Below are positions 9,548 through 16,717 of a DNA stretch of 29,377 bases, one piece after another. The position numbers and the translations under genes were made by a program. Location: positions 1 to 29,377 of IMG/VR virus record IMGVR_UViG_3300003972_000002, one strand, 5' to 3'. Source of the stretch: a virus. Lineage: Duplodnaviria > Caudoviricetes. The notes below the pieces were generated by a model that ran no database searches, was not told the origin of the DNA, and saw only the letters and a program-made list of their open reading frames with translations. Each line of letters begins with the position of its first letter. The stretch's first letter is position 1.

Positions 9548-10257
9548 CGGTAGTGCTCACGAATCCAGGGCGACTGTCGAAGCGCATCTCGGTCCCAAGG
9601 GTCCGGCTTGCCATGAAACACGACGATGCGCGCACCCGCCGGCAACTTCCCCCGATTCCGTCTAAGGCAGTCGCGGCGATAGGCAAAGATTCCGTCCTTA
9701 ATGGTGAATTTCGCCTCGTTCCGCCCAAGGCAGTATTGAATCCAACCTTGATCCGAGCCGAAGTTCCCGGCCGCATTCGCGAGGCGCGGTGATCTTTCCG
9801 GATCGAAGTCCGTCCACACCTGCGGACGACACCCCGCGTTCATCAGGATCATTGATCCGTTGTAGTGATAGTTCGAAGAATCGCTCGCGTAGATCACGAA
9901 GTCCTCGGGGCGATTCCACAACGGGCGCAGATCGCCCGTAATCACCACATCCAAGTCAATCGAGACGAACCGCTCCCCAGCAATCTTTCCGAACTCCGGC
10001 GCGAACATCTGCAGCCGTCGAAAGCAGCTCGGCCCAACGCCCGGCCATGTCGGGTTCTTCAGATCCGCGTACACATCACCGATCGGAAACGTCTGTACTC
10101 GCGGATCAATCCCGACCGGATCGTCCGTAATGCAAATGACTCGATGCGGGTCCGGATACCACCGCTCTACCATCGAGCGAAGGGCGTTGACGTGCTCCGC
10201 TGTGAATGTCGATCGATAACCCGGCTTCTTCCACTTCCAGGTGACGACCGTCAGCAC
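9544..10257 (-). CDS. GT-A fold glycosyltransferase
   Basis: Likely GTG start at 10257; CITDD, DxD motif in FVSIDLDVVITGDL, YNGSMI, SDQGWI, IVVFHGKPDPW. Confidence 0.85.
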   Translation of the reverse strand: MLTVVTWKWKKPGYRSTFTAEHVNALRSMVERWYPDPHRVICITDDPVGIDPRVQTFPIGDVYADLKNPTWPGVGPSCFRRLQMFAPEFGKIAGERFVSIDLDVVITGDLRPLWNRPEDFVIYASDSSNYHYNGSMILMNAGCRPQVWTDFDPERSPRLANAAGNFGSDQGWIQYCLGRNEAKFTIKDGIFAYRRDCLRRNRGKLPAGARIVVFHGKPDPWDRDALRQSPWIREHYR

Positions 10258-10508
10258 GGGTACAGAACCTCTCTCGCCTTGCACTCAAGGCGGTACGTGG
10301 ACACGCAATGATCTGGCTCCCAGAAATAGAGCCGGTCAACCACATACCCCAGCGCTAGCCCTACCCATCGCTTAACCCCGGATTCCGTCGATATCCATCG
10401 GCCCAACAATCCAGACACCGTTTCGCGCGGCAATGCCCAGGGTGCGAAAACAATGGAGCAGACGAGCATGTTGCAGGCGACGTAGATATTGAATGCGACA
10501 CGCTTCAC
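10251..10508 (-). CDS. Small conserved phage protein with hydrophobic segments
   Basis: GTG start at 10508 (GTGA overlap); ETVSG...DRLYFWEPDHC motif recurrent in phage hypotheticals. Confidence 0.65.
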   Translation of the reverse strand: MKRVAFNIYVACNMLVCSIVFAPWALPRETVSGLLGRWISTESGVKRWVGLALGYVVDRLYFWEPDHCVSTYRLECKAREVLYPC

Positions 10509-11383
10509 CACGCCCCCGATTCGATCTCGTCGAACATCACATCGAACAACTGAATCCATTTCTTATCCGTGCCAAATATCGGCGCATCGTTACACTTGCC
10601 CGGCGAGGGCCAGGGCCACGCAAGACTCGTCTCGAGCAATCGCCACTCGTCGCCGTCCTTGAGCACATCGATGGCGCACCAATTCGTTCCAGCGTGTTGG
10701 AAGAACCGGTCGGCGAACTCCAGTAACGATTCCGTCTCGGTATCCAACTGCATCGCCGGCTCGACATTGCCGGTCTGTGCGACGGGCCTGTCCGGGTAGC
10801 AGTAGCGCTTGAAGATCGCTCGCGCGTTGCCGATAGCGTTCACGCGCCATGTAATGCTGTGAGGAATGAACCGCTGCAACAGCACGTATCCCTTTTGCCA
10901 GCTCTTCTTCCCACCCGCGCAGTGATCGACTTCTATTCCCTTGTCGAACACTTCAACGCAGTGCCTCACACCTTCCGCGCGCGTCTTCAGTATCCGAACG
11001 TTCTTGGAGCTCGCGCCAACATCCGCCTTACTGACGAGCGGATAGTCGGCGGACTCGGCAAACCGAATGGCTTCATCCTTGCCGGAGAATCGCCACGTAT
11101 CTGGCATCCAGTCGCGCCAGCGCCAGAACTGAGCCGACTTGTCCTCGTACACGTCGATCTGCGTCTGGTCCTGCACCATCCGCAAGCGCTTGGACATCAG
11201 CGCGAAATCGTCGCGGTTCTCCTTGAGTCTCTTTGGATCTGCATGCGGGCGGATGAATCCGACTCCCGGCCCCTCGCATTCTTCGCCGCGGAAGATCCGG
11301 CGCGCGTCGTAGCCGCGATCACGGGCGACTTTCAGCATCGGTCCGTGCCAGACCTTCCTTTCGTCAAGGCAGAAGAACTTCAT
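10505..11383 (-). CDS. ATP-grasp fold ligase (RimK-like)
   Basis: YEDKSAQ, PDTW, YPLVSKADVGASSKNV, LLQRFIPH, WRVN, AIDVL...LLET motifs. Confidence 0.82.
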   Translation of the reverse strand: MKFFCLDERKVWHGPMLKVARDRGYDARRIFRGEECEGPGVGFIRPHADPKRLKENRDDFALMSKRLRMVQDQTQIDVYEDKSAQFWRWRDWMPDTWRFSGKDEAIRFAESADYPLVSKADVGASSKNVRILKTRAEGVRHCVEVFDKGIEVDHCAGGKKSWQKGYVLLQRFIPHSITWRVNAIGNARAIFKRYCYPDRPVAQTGNVEPAMQLDTETESLLEFADRFFQHAGTNWCAIDVLKDGDEWRLLETSLAWPWPSPGKCNDAPIFGTDKKWIQLFDVMFDEIESGAW

Positions 11384-11876
11384 CCAACCTCACCAGCGGA
11401 AAGCACTTCAGCGCCGTCCCTTCCGTCGCGTTCAGCACCTCGACCTTCGGGTTGCGCTTCTTCCACTGCGCGAACTGCAACATGTGCTCTTTGCGTCTCG
11501 ACGGCAGCGTATTGATGCAGCCGTTCGTGTATGGTCCGAAGAAATGCGTGCCGTGCATATCGAAGCCCAGCATCACAACCTTCGTGGCCCCCAGGTTCCG
11601 CAGCACATCCAACGCGAGTAGGCCGCTGTTGGCCATGCCGCCGAACGTCGTCGGCTTCGCTTGCTCGACGCCTTCGATTCGGTGCGACGTGAACTTGCGT
11701 CCCGCAAATTGTTTTGCCTGCGGATGTTTCTGCCACCACTTCACGTCGTTGGCGACGAGGATGTCGGCCCATGGCGCAAGTTCGTAGGCGTTGTTGACGA
11801 CGCAGACTTTGTGTCCGCGCACGCGCTCGGCCAGAGCCGCACTCATGGACGGCCCTGGACCCAACAGAAACCACAT
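11364..11876 (-). CDS. MptE/DUF115 (Maf / sialyltransferase-like) fold putative sugar transferase
   Basis: LLGPGPSM, VCVVNNAY, DILVAND, NSGLLAL, GATKVVMLGFDM, VLNAT motifs. Confidence 0.75.
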   Translation of the reverse strand: MWFLLGPGPSMSAALAERVRGHKVCVVNNAYELAPWADILVANDVKWWQKHPQAKQFAGRKFTSHRIEGVEQAKPTTFGGMANSGLLALDVLRNLGATKVVMLGFDMHGTHFFGPYTNGCINTLPSRRKEHMLQFAQWKKRNPKVEVLNATEGTALKCFPLVRLDEVLLP

Positions 11877-11877
11877 T

Positions 11878-12288
11878 TCACGCGATGGTCGTCTTTCTAA
11901 GACCGGTGAGCAGCGCTGTCGCTGTCTTGCTCAGAATGTAACCGTGACCTTCGGTCGGCTGAACACGGTCGTCGCTTTGGCCTTCGAAACGCGACGTCAG
12001 CTCAAGTAACACGGCAGCACGGACGATTGGATGCACTTTCGGCTCGCCGCTCTCGTCGTATTCCGGGATAGGATGTCCGTTGTCGTCAAGAATCGGCTTG
12101 CCGTCAGAGCCGCGTATAGGCTCGTATAGACGCCAATGGTCCTTTACCCACGAAGCCACTGATTCAGATACGGCGGGAATCCAAATAGCCAACCAGTTAT
12201 CCTGCGGCGTGTTGCCGTCCTCGTCGACATCCAGCCGAAGCTGCTGAATCGCGTCCTCGCGCGTGACGAGCTCAAGCATTCCCGTCAT
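11878..12288 (-). CDS. Head-tail connector (SPP1 gp15/HK97 gp6-like)
   Basis: LVTREDAIQQLRLD, VRAAVLL and C-terminal ALLTGLRKTTIA motifs. Confidence 0.8.
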   Translation of the reverse strand: MTGMLELVTREDAIQQLRLDVDEDGNTPQDNWLAIWIPAVSESVASWVKDHWRLYEPIRGSDGKPILDDNGHPIPEYDESGEPKVHPIVRAAVLLELTSRFEGQSDDRVQPTEGHGYILSKTATALLTGLRKTTIA

Positions 12289-13090
12289 CCTTTTTCTTTA
12301 TCGGCACCGGCGCAGTTTTGTCGATGCCGTTGCGGCCGTCCTTTCCATCGCGACCCTTGCGGGCGAGGATGCGCCAGTCCTTGCATCCCTGTGCCGGCTT
12401 CTCGTCCGTCTCGCGCAAGGCAATGTATGCAGTGCCAGATTCGGTTGTAACCATCCCCTTTTCATATCGCCCGGGGCGCCAATAGCCGCCGTCGATTGGC
12501 ACCGGAATCTTCTTTCGAATCTCTCCGCCTTTCCCGCGAATGACAAGCGTGCGCTGCTCGATGTCGTAATCGAACTCTGTCTCTGTGAAGTCAGCGCCGT
12601 CCTTGCCATCGCGGCCGGGCGCACCGTCACGCCCGATAACCACGCCCAGAGACTTTGTGCGACCATCAGTGAACGTCGCCACGAGCTGGCCGTCGCGGTC
12701 GATGAGTAGATCTTGGATGCCAGCGCCGTCTTTGCCGGGGTCGCCTTTCGGGCCAGGCTCGCCCTTTTCTCCCGGCGCGCCGTCCTTGCCATCTTTCGGC
12801 GGTGGGAGTTTCGATACTTCTTCTTTCACTCGGAGTTCGATAGCAGATGCGAGCTCTTCGGAATCGAGTAGAGCACGCGCAACGTCAAGCGGGTCGCAGT
12901 CTTTGCCGGCCGGGCCGGATTCGCCCTTCTCGCCCCGCTCGCCCTTCTCAGGCTGGCGCGCCTCCAGTTGATCGATGCGTTTCTGCATGGACGCGAGCGC
13001 CGCATGCGCTTCTTCAAGGGCTTTCCGCATGGGCAGAATCATCTTGCCCAGCGATTCGCCTAGCGCCTCTGCTGCTGCCTCAAAGTTCAT
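12272..13090 (-). CDS. Prophage collagen-like protein (coiled coil, Gly-X-Y tracts, conserved C-terminal domain)
   Basis: Start re-called at ATG 13090 (GGAG RBS); GERGEKGESGPAGKD, GKDGAPGEKGEPGPKGDPGKDG, GRDGAPGRDGKDG; C-terminal WRILARKGRDGKD. Confidence 0.85.
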   Translation of the reverse strand: MNFEAAAEALGESLGKMILPMRKALEEAHAALASMQKRIDQLEARQPEKGERGEKGESGPAGKDCDPLDVARALLDSEELASAIELRVKEEVSKLPPPKDGKDGAPGEKGEPGPKGDPGKDGAGIQDLLIDRDGQLVATFTDGRTKSLGVVIGRDGAPGRDGKDGADFTETEFDYDIEQRTLVIRGKGGEIRKKIPVPIDGGYWRPGRYEKGMVTTESGTAYIALRETDEKPAQGCKDWRILARKGRDGKDGRNGIDKTAPVPIKKKDDGNA

Positions 13091-13100
13091 CCGATGCTCC

Positions 13101-13133
13101 AAAAGAAAAGGGCTCAGCCTTTCGGATGAGCCC
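13101..13133 (-). terminator. Intrinsic terminator closing the pentamer array
   Basis: Minus strand GGGCTCA-TCCGAAAGGC-TGAGCCC then TTTTCTTTT. Confidence 0.85.
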
Positions 13134-13140
13134 CTCTTAA

Positions 13141-13515
13141 TTACCTTGCCTATTCCTTTCCAGAACGCTACATGCCCAGCCGCTGCGAATCCCACGCCGC
13201 CTCAACGTGCCGCGCCATTTCTCGGCTTACCTGCATTGCCTTTTCCCGCCGCGCCCGGTCTTACGACTCCCTACCAGGCCAGGCCGTGGCACGCCTGCGT
13301 TGCCTCGCCTGTCATAGCCTGACGATTCCTAGCGACGCCGTGTCTCGCCTGCCACTACTTGCCTTGACATGCCTCGACAATGCATGTCGTGCCGGCCTTG
13401 TCTATCCACGCCTGTCAGCGCCAATGCCCATCATGCCGCGCCGCGCCTTGCCTGCCTTGTACTTCCTAATCGCGCCGATCCTGGCCAATCCTTCCCTTGC
13501 CCAGCCTTGCCTGCC
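13141..13515 (-). repeat. Non-coding 5-nt-periodic GGN-NN array in six units; candidate guide-RNA array
   Basis: Hand-parsed: 68 in-phase pentamers, 61 starting with G and 41 with GG; 4-nt junctions GGCA/GGCA/GGCC/GGCA/CGCA/TGCA start (minus strand) at 13515, 13456, 13397, 13353, 13299, 13235. Confidence 0.88.
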
Positions 13516-14003
13516 TAGCCGTTCACAGCCACAGCATGCGTCACGTTCGCATCCTTGCGTGCGGCTGAGGCTGCCGCATTCTCAACTTCATCGACGGCAG
13601 ACCATACGGAAGCGAGTTCCTTTATGGCCTTGTACTTCTTCTGGATGTTGCGCATCTGTACAACAGCGTCATGCAGCATCTGCGCATACAACTCTTCGTC
13701 GCTCATCACGTCAGCGATGGCGCGGTATCCACCGCCCGGCTGCACGCGATCCGTCGTAAGAGAGACGAAGGCCCGGACAACCGGACCTTCCTCGCCCTTC
13801 GGCTCGACCACGTAAACACGGATCAGATTGCGCGCCTGAAGCAACCGATATTGATGTGCTGCTTCGCTGTTATCCCACATGAAGCAATCATGCAGCGGGG
13901 AATCTTCGTCCTTCGCCGCTTCGACTACATCAGCCGCGAGAATCTTTCCCTCGCGCTTGAGTCGCTCCAGTTCTGCCCGGATCGCATCGTGGTCACGCTT
14001 CAT
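13515..14003 (-). CDS. Accessory protein of the RAMP/array cassette, function unknown
   Basis: 162 aa; ATGA-coupled to upstream gene; motif VVEAAKDEDSPLHDCFMWDNSEAAHQYRLLQARNLIR; its stop codon overlaps the first array junction. Confidence 0.8.
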   Translation of the reverse strand: MKRDHDAIRAELERLKREGKILAADVVEAAKDEDSPLHDCFMWDNSEAAHQYRLLQARNLIRVYVVEPKGEEGPVVRAFVSLTTDRVQPGGGYRAIADVMSDEELYAQMLHDAVVQMRNIQKKYKAIKELASVWSAVDEVENAAASAARKDANVTHAVAVNG

Positions 14004-14647
14004 GCCGCTTCCCTCTTGGCCTCAGCTTCCGTCGCCAGCCGGAACGTTCCCCAGCCCATGCCGGCGCTGCTCTTGCTATCCGGACGGCCTTCGCACAACC
14101 CGACCTGCTCGCCGACTCTGGCGAGGAGATTCGACACGTCGCTGACACTGAACTGATCTGCGTCATAGCGAATGCGAACATCTGCCTGCCACTTGTCCCA
14201 CATAGGACGGCTGCGAATATCAATCACGCCCGTCGCGTTCCGGACGTGAAGATCAACGCGCCGATACTTATCGGCAATCAGCCGAACCAGCGGCGTGCCT
14301 TCGTCACGGTCGAACCCATCGGCAACGACGAAGAGCGAAAGCTTCGCCAGCGTCATCTTGAAACCGACCAGCCTACAGGCCGAGATCATCGCCGCCCGGA
14401 AGGCGCCAGCCGGAATACCGACCCAACCTTCTTGGCTGTAGTGGACAGACCCATCGCACACAGCATCGAAATCCTTCGCCGCGCGCTGCTTCTTGCTGCG
14501 CGCCTGACTCCCAGCCGCTTGCTGGGCCATCATCTGTTCCTTGGCCTTCTGGCTGAACTTCGCCTGGACCAGCGGCGCTGTGCCGATGATCCGGAATTGC
14601 ACCGTTTGAATATTCGGTGCCTTGATCTGAACAACACTGCTCGACAT
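14000..14647 (-). CDS. Stand-alone Cas7/RAMP-like protein
   Basis: N-terminal strand FRIIGTAPL, GIPAGAFRAAMISA helix, RSRPMWDKW, C-terminal Gly-rich loop VGEQVGLCEGRPDSKSSAGMGWGTF; strong GAGGTG RBS. Confidence 0.72.
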   Translation of the reverse strand: MSSSVVQIKAPNIQTVQFRIIGTAPLVQAKFSQKAKEQMMAQQAAGSQARSKKQRAAKDFDAVCDGSVHYSQEGWVGIPAGAFRAAMISACRLVGFKMTLAKLSLFVVADGFDRDEGTPLVRLIADKYRRVDLHVRNATGVIDIRSRPMWDKWQADVRIRYDADQFSVSDVSNLLARVGEQVGLCEGRPDSKSSAGMGWGTFRLATEAEAKREAA

Positions 14648-14718
14648 GGCTTCACCTCTATATGTGTGTGATCGGCTGATTGGGTAAACCCAGCGCCGAC
14701 TGCCTCAACGGCAAAGCC

Positions 14719-14762
14719 ACTCTACTACCGTTTTCGGTTATCTGCAACCTTGTAGCAGGTTG
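14719..14762 (-). promoter_or_regulatory. Sigma70-type promoter for the RAMP cassette with overlapping palindromic operator candidates
   Basis: Minus strand TTGCAG (14742-14747)-17 nt-TAGAGT (14719-14724); inverted repeats ACCG-TTTT-CGGT (14727-14738) and CAACCT-N6-AGGTTG (14745-14762). Confidence 0.55.
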
Positions 14763-14826
14763 TCTCAACCCGTCTCAGGGCGTAGCATGCCCTTTCACTG
14801 GTTTAACGCACCCGAGGTACGCGACA

Positions 14827-15048
14827 ATGTCGTCCATGCTGACTGGACAAAAACTCCGCGCCATCCGTGCCTTGCGCGGCATTACTCAAGCCGCGCTTGC
14901 GGAAAAGGCCGGCGTGAGCCCCACCGCTATTGCCGAGTACGAACAGGGCAAGCGCGACCTGCGCGCTGGCACTATCCGGAAGCTCTGCGAAGCGCTCGAC
15001 GTGAAAGTCAGCTACCACGTCGACGGCACCGAGATTACCGGGCCATAA
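14827..15048 (+). CDS. XRE/Cro-C1 helix-turn-helix transcriptional regulator
   Basis: LRAIRALRGITQAALAEKAGVSPTAIAEYEQGKRDL; start re-called at ATG 14827 (or 14836) after GAGGT; divergent from the RAMP gene. Confidence 0.9.
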   Translation: MSSMLTGQKLRAIRALRGITQAALAEKAGVSPTAIAEYEQGKRDLRAGTIRKLCEALDVKVSYHVDGTEITGP

Positions 15049-15050
15049 AG

Positions 15051-16466
15051 TCAGCGCGAAAGAACTTCGCGCGCGATATCTCCGTACAGCTTCCGCTCGA
15101 CAAGAGAGACGAACCGCCGCACCTGCTCCTCTTCTCCCTCCTCCTCGTCGGCATCCTCCTCGGTTTCCGCGTCGGAGTCTTCTTCATCATCGCCGTCATC
15201 AGGCGAAACAGGATTCCCCTCCGGATCAACAATCTTGTTCTTTCGAACTTGATCAATGGGGAAGTCTTGCTGCTGAAGATAGATTGTGTCGCCGCCCTCT
15301 ACCGGCGCGCGATTGAAACGCAGCCGGCCTTCGTTCGGCGTTTCGATACCGCCGCCGACCAGTTTGGTCGCCACCTCGGCACGCTTGCCCTCGTCCATAC
15401 GCAGCAGGGGCTCGAGATCCATTTCCACGCCCATCGGCCGAGAGATGCCGAGCCCTTCGTCCAAAAGGTTCTCCATCGCCTCTATGTGCCCCTGCAGAGC
15501 GTCGGCGTAATAGAGCTGGTTGATGGCATCCACGCCGAGCCCGGCAGGAATCGCACCGATCCCAATCTTGAACGGCGGGATGCCGAACGGCTGACAGATT
15601 TGCTCGTCGGAATATCGCATCTGTTCCACGAGCTGAGCGTCCGCGCCTTTCATCGCGAACGACGTGAACTTCATGTCCGCGCCAATCACAGCCACGCGAC
15701 CAGCGTTGCTTCCGGTGTAGTTCTCTTCCCAGAACTTCTTGACCAATGCGGCGTCGTCTTCGGACATGCCAGCCGGCGCAGTCAGAATTCCGCCTGGCTG
15801 AGCGTTGTTCGCGAAGAACTCCGCGGACGAGCGCAAGATGCGCAGGTTCTTTGCCGCCGGCCAATACGCGGCACATAGGGGCGGCACGCCAATGAGATGA
15901 TGATGCAGACAGTTCATCCTGTCGTGGATGATTTCCGACGCAGGAATAATGACCTGCCCTGCCGGATACGACGCCGGCAAAAGGTTCTCCGCCGTCGTGT
16001 AATTCAGCTGATAGAACACCGCGCCAGACTCAGACACCATCGGAATCACGCGGCACGGGTCCAGCACATACAGCGCAACGACAACGCCGCGGTTGTCCCG
16101 TTGTTTCAGGACGTAGGCATTGCCATTCGTCAGCTTGGACAGCGCCCAGACTTCCCGGAACTGCTGCGCGGTCTGATACGAATTCGGCTTGCGCAGGACG
16201 GGCGAATACGCCGGATTCTCGACCGTATTCCAGACACCGTTGTCATCCTCCTTTTTGAGGAGGAACGGAAGCTTGCCGATGTCCTGCGAGATGCGATTCA
16301 GGCAGGCGTAGAGCGTTGGGTACGCCGTCAGGTCGCCGACCTTCTCCTCTTGGTTCGACTGCCACGCGCCCGCGAACGGCTCGTGAATGATCCGCCATCC
16401 GTTACGCCAGCTATTGACTGGAGACAGCGCTTTGGCGCGTCGAATCTCCAAGCCGAAAATCTTCAC
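15051..16466 (-). CDS. HK97-family portal protein
   Basis: EPFAGAWQ, LTNGNAY, EIIHDR, FFANNAQPGGIL, QLVEQ, FGIPP, TPNEGR, PVEGGD; acidic C-terminal tail. Confidence 0.95.
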   Translation of the reverse strand: MKIFGLEIRRAKALSPVNSWRNGWRIIHEPFAGAWQSNQEEKVGDLTAYPTLYACLNRISQDIGKLPFLLKKEDDNGVWNTVENPAYSPVLRKPNSYQTAQQFREVWALSKLTNGNAYVLKQRDNRGVVVALYVLDPCRVIPMVSESGAVFYQLNYTTAENLLPASYPAGQVIIPASEIIHDRMNCLHHHLIGVPPLCAAYWPAAKNLRILRSSAEFFANNAQPGGILTAPAGMSEDDAALVKKFWEENYTGSNAGRVAVIGADMKFTSFAMKGADAQLVEQMRYSDEQICQPFGIPPFKIGIGAIPAGLGVDAINQLYYADALQGHIEAMENLLDEGLGISRPMGVEMDLEPLLRMDEGKRAEVATKLVGGGIETPNEGRLRFNRAPVEGGDTIYLQQQDFPIDQVRKNKIVDPEGNPVSPDDGDDEEDSDAETEEDADEEEGEEEQVRRFVSLVERKLYGDIAREVLSR

Positions 16467-16669
16467 TCTTCGATGCCCTCGGCCTGCATGTCACGCCGCT
16501 TGTATCGACGCTTCGGCTTGCCAGTGCGCGGCGAGATCTCGACTTCCGGCGCTTCGGCTTTCAATTCTCGCGTCTCAATGCGCCGCGCGATCTTGCGCGC
16601 GATTAATGCCTCGCCGATCGCGTCGGGCACAGTGCGCTTTGATTTCGTCGCGACGTATTCGATTTGCAT
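16463..16669 (-). CDS. Small basic head-associated protein
   Basis: ATG 16669 after GGAG; 68 aa ending PRTGKPKRRYKRRDMQAE; GTGA overlap with portal. Confidence 0.7.
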   Translation of the reverse strand: MQIEYVATKSKRTVPDAIGEALIARKIARRIETRELKAEAPEVEISPRTGKPKRRYKRRDMQAEGIEE

Positions 16670-16678
16670 ACTCACTCC

Positions 16679-16709
16679 AAAAGAAGGGAGGAGCCCGAAG
16701 GCCCCTCCC
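16679..16709 (-). terminator. Intrinsic terminator after major capsid gene
   Basis: Minus strand GGGAGGGGCC-TTCG-GGCTCCTCCC then TTCTTTT. Confidence 0.88.
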
Positions 16710-16717
16710 ACTCAGTC

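Noticed and set aside
13091-13195. N-terminal extension of the collagen-like ORF (track start 13195)
   Set aside because: It runs through the array end and terminator; the GGAG RBS supports ATG 13090.
13141-13515. Canonical CRISPR array
   Set aside because: No identical 23-47 nt direct repeats with spacers, and no cas1/cas2; the periodicity is 5 nt.
13172-13759. 195 aa + strand ORF rich in L/P/A/C/R
   Set aside because: It is the antisense read-through of the pentamer array and accessory gene; low-complexity composition and no clear RBS.
14760-15878. Long + strand ORFs (this one and e.g. 15897-16727, 22606-23454, 5400-6158)
   Set aside because: Shadow ORFs antisense to well-supported genes in GC-rich DNA; no recognisable motifs.
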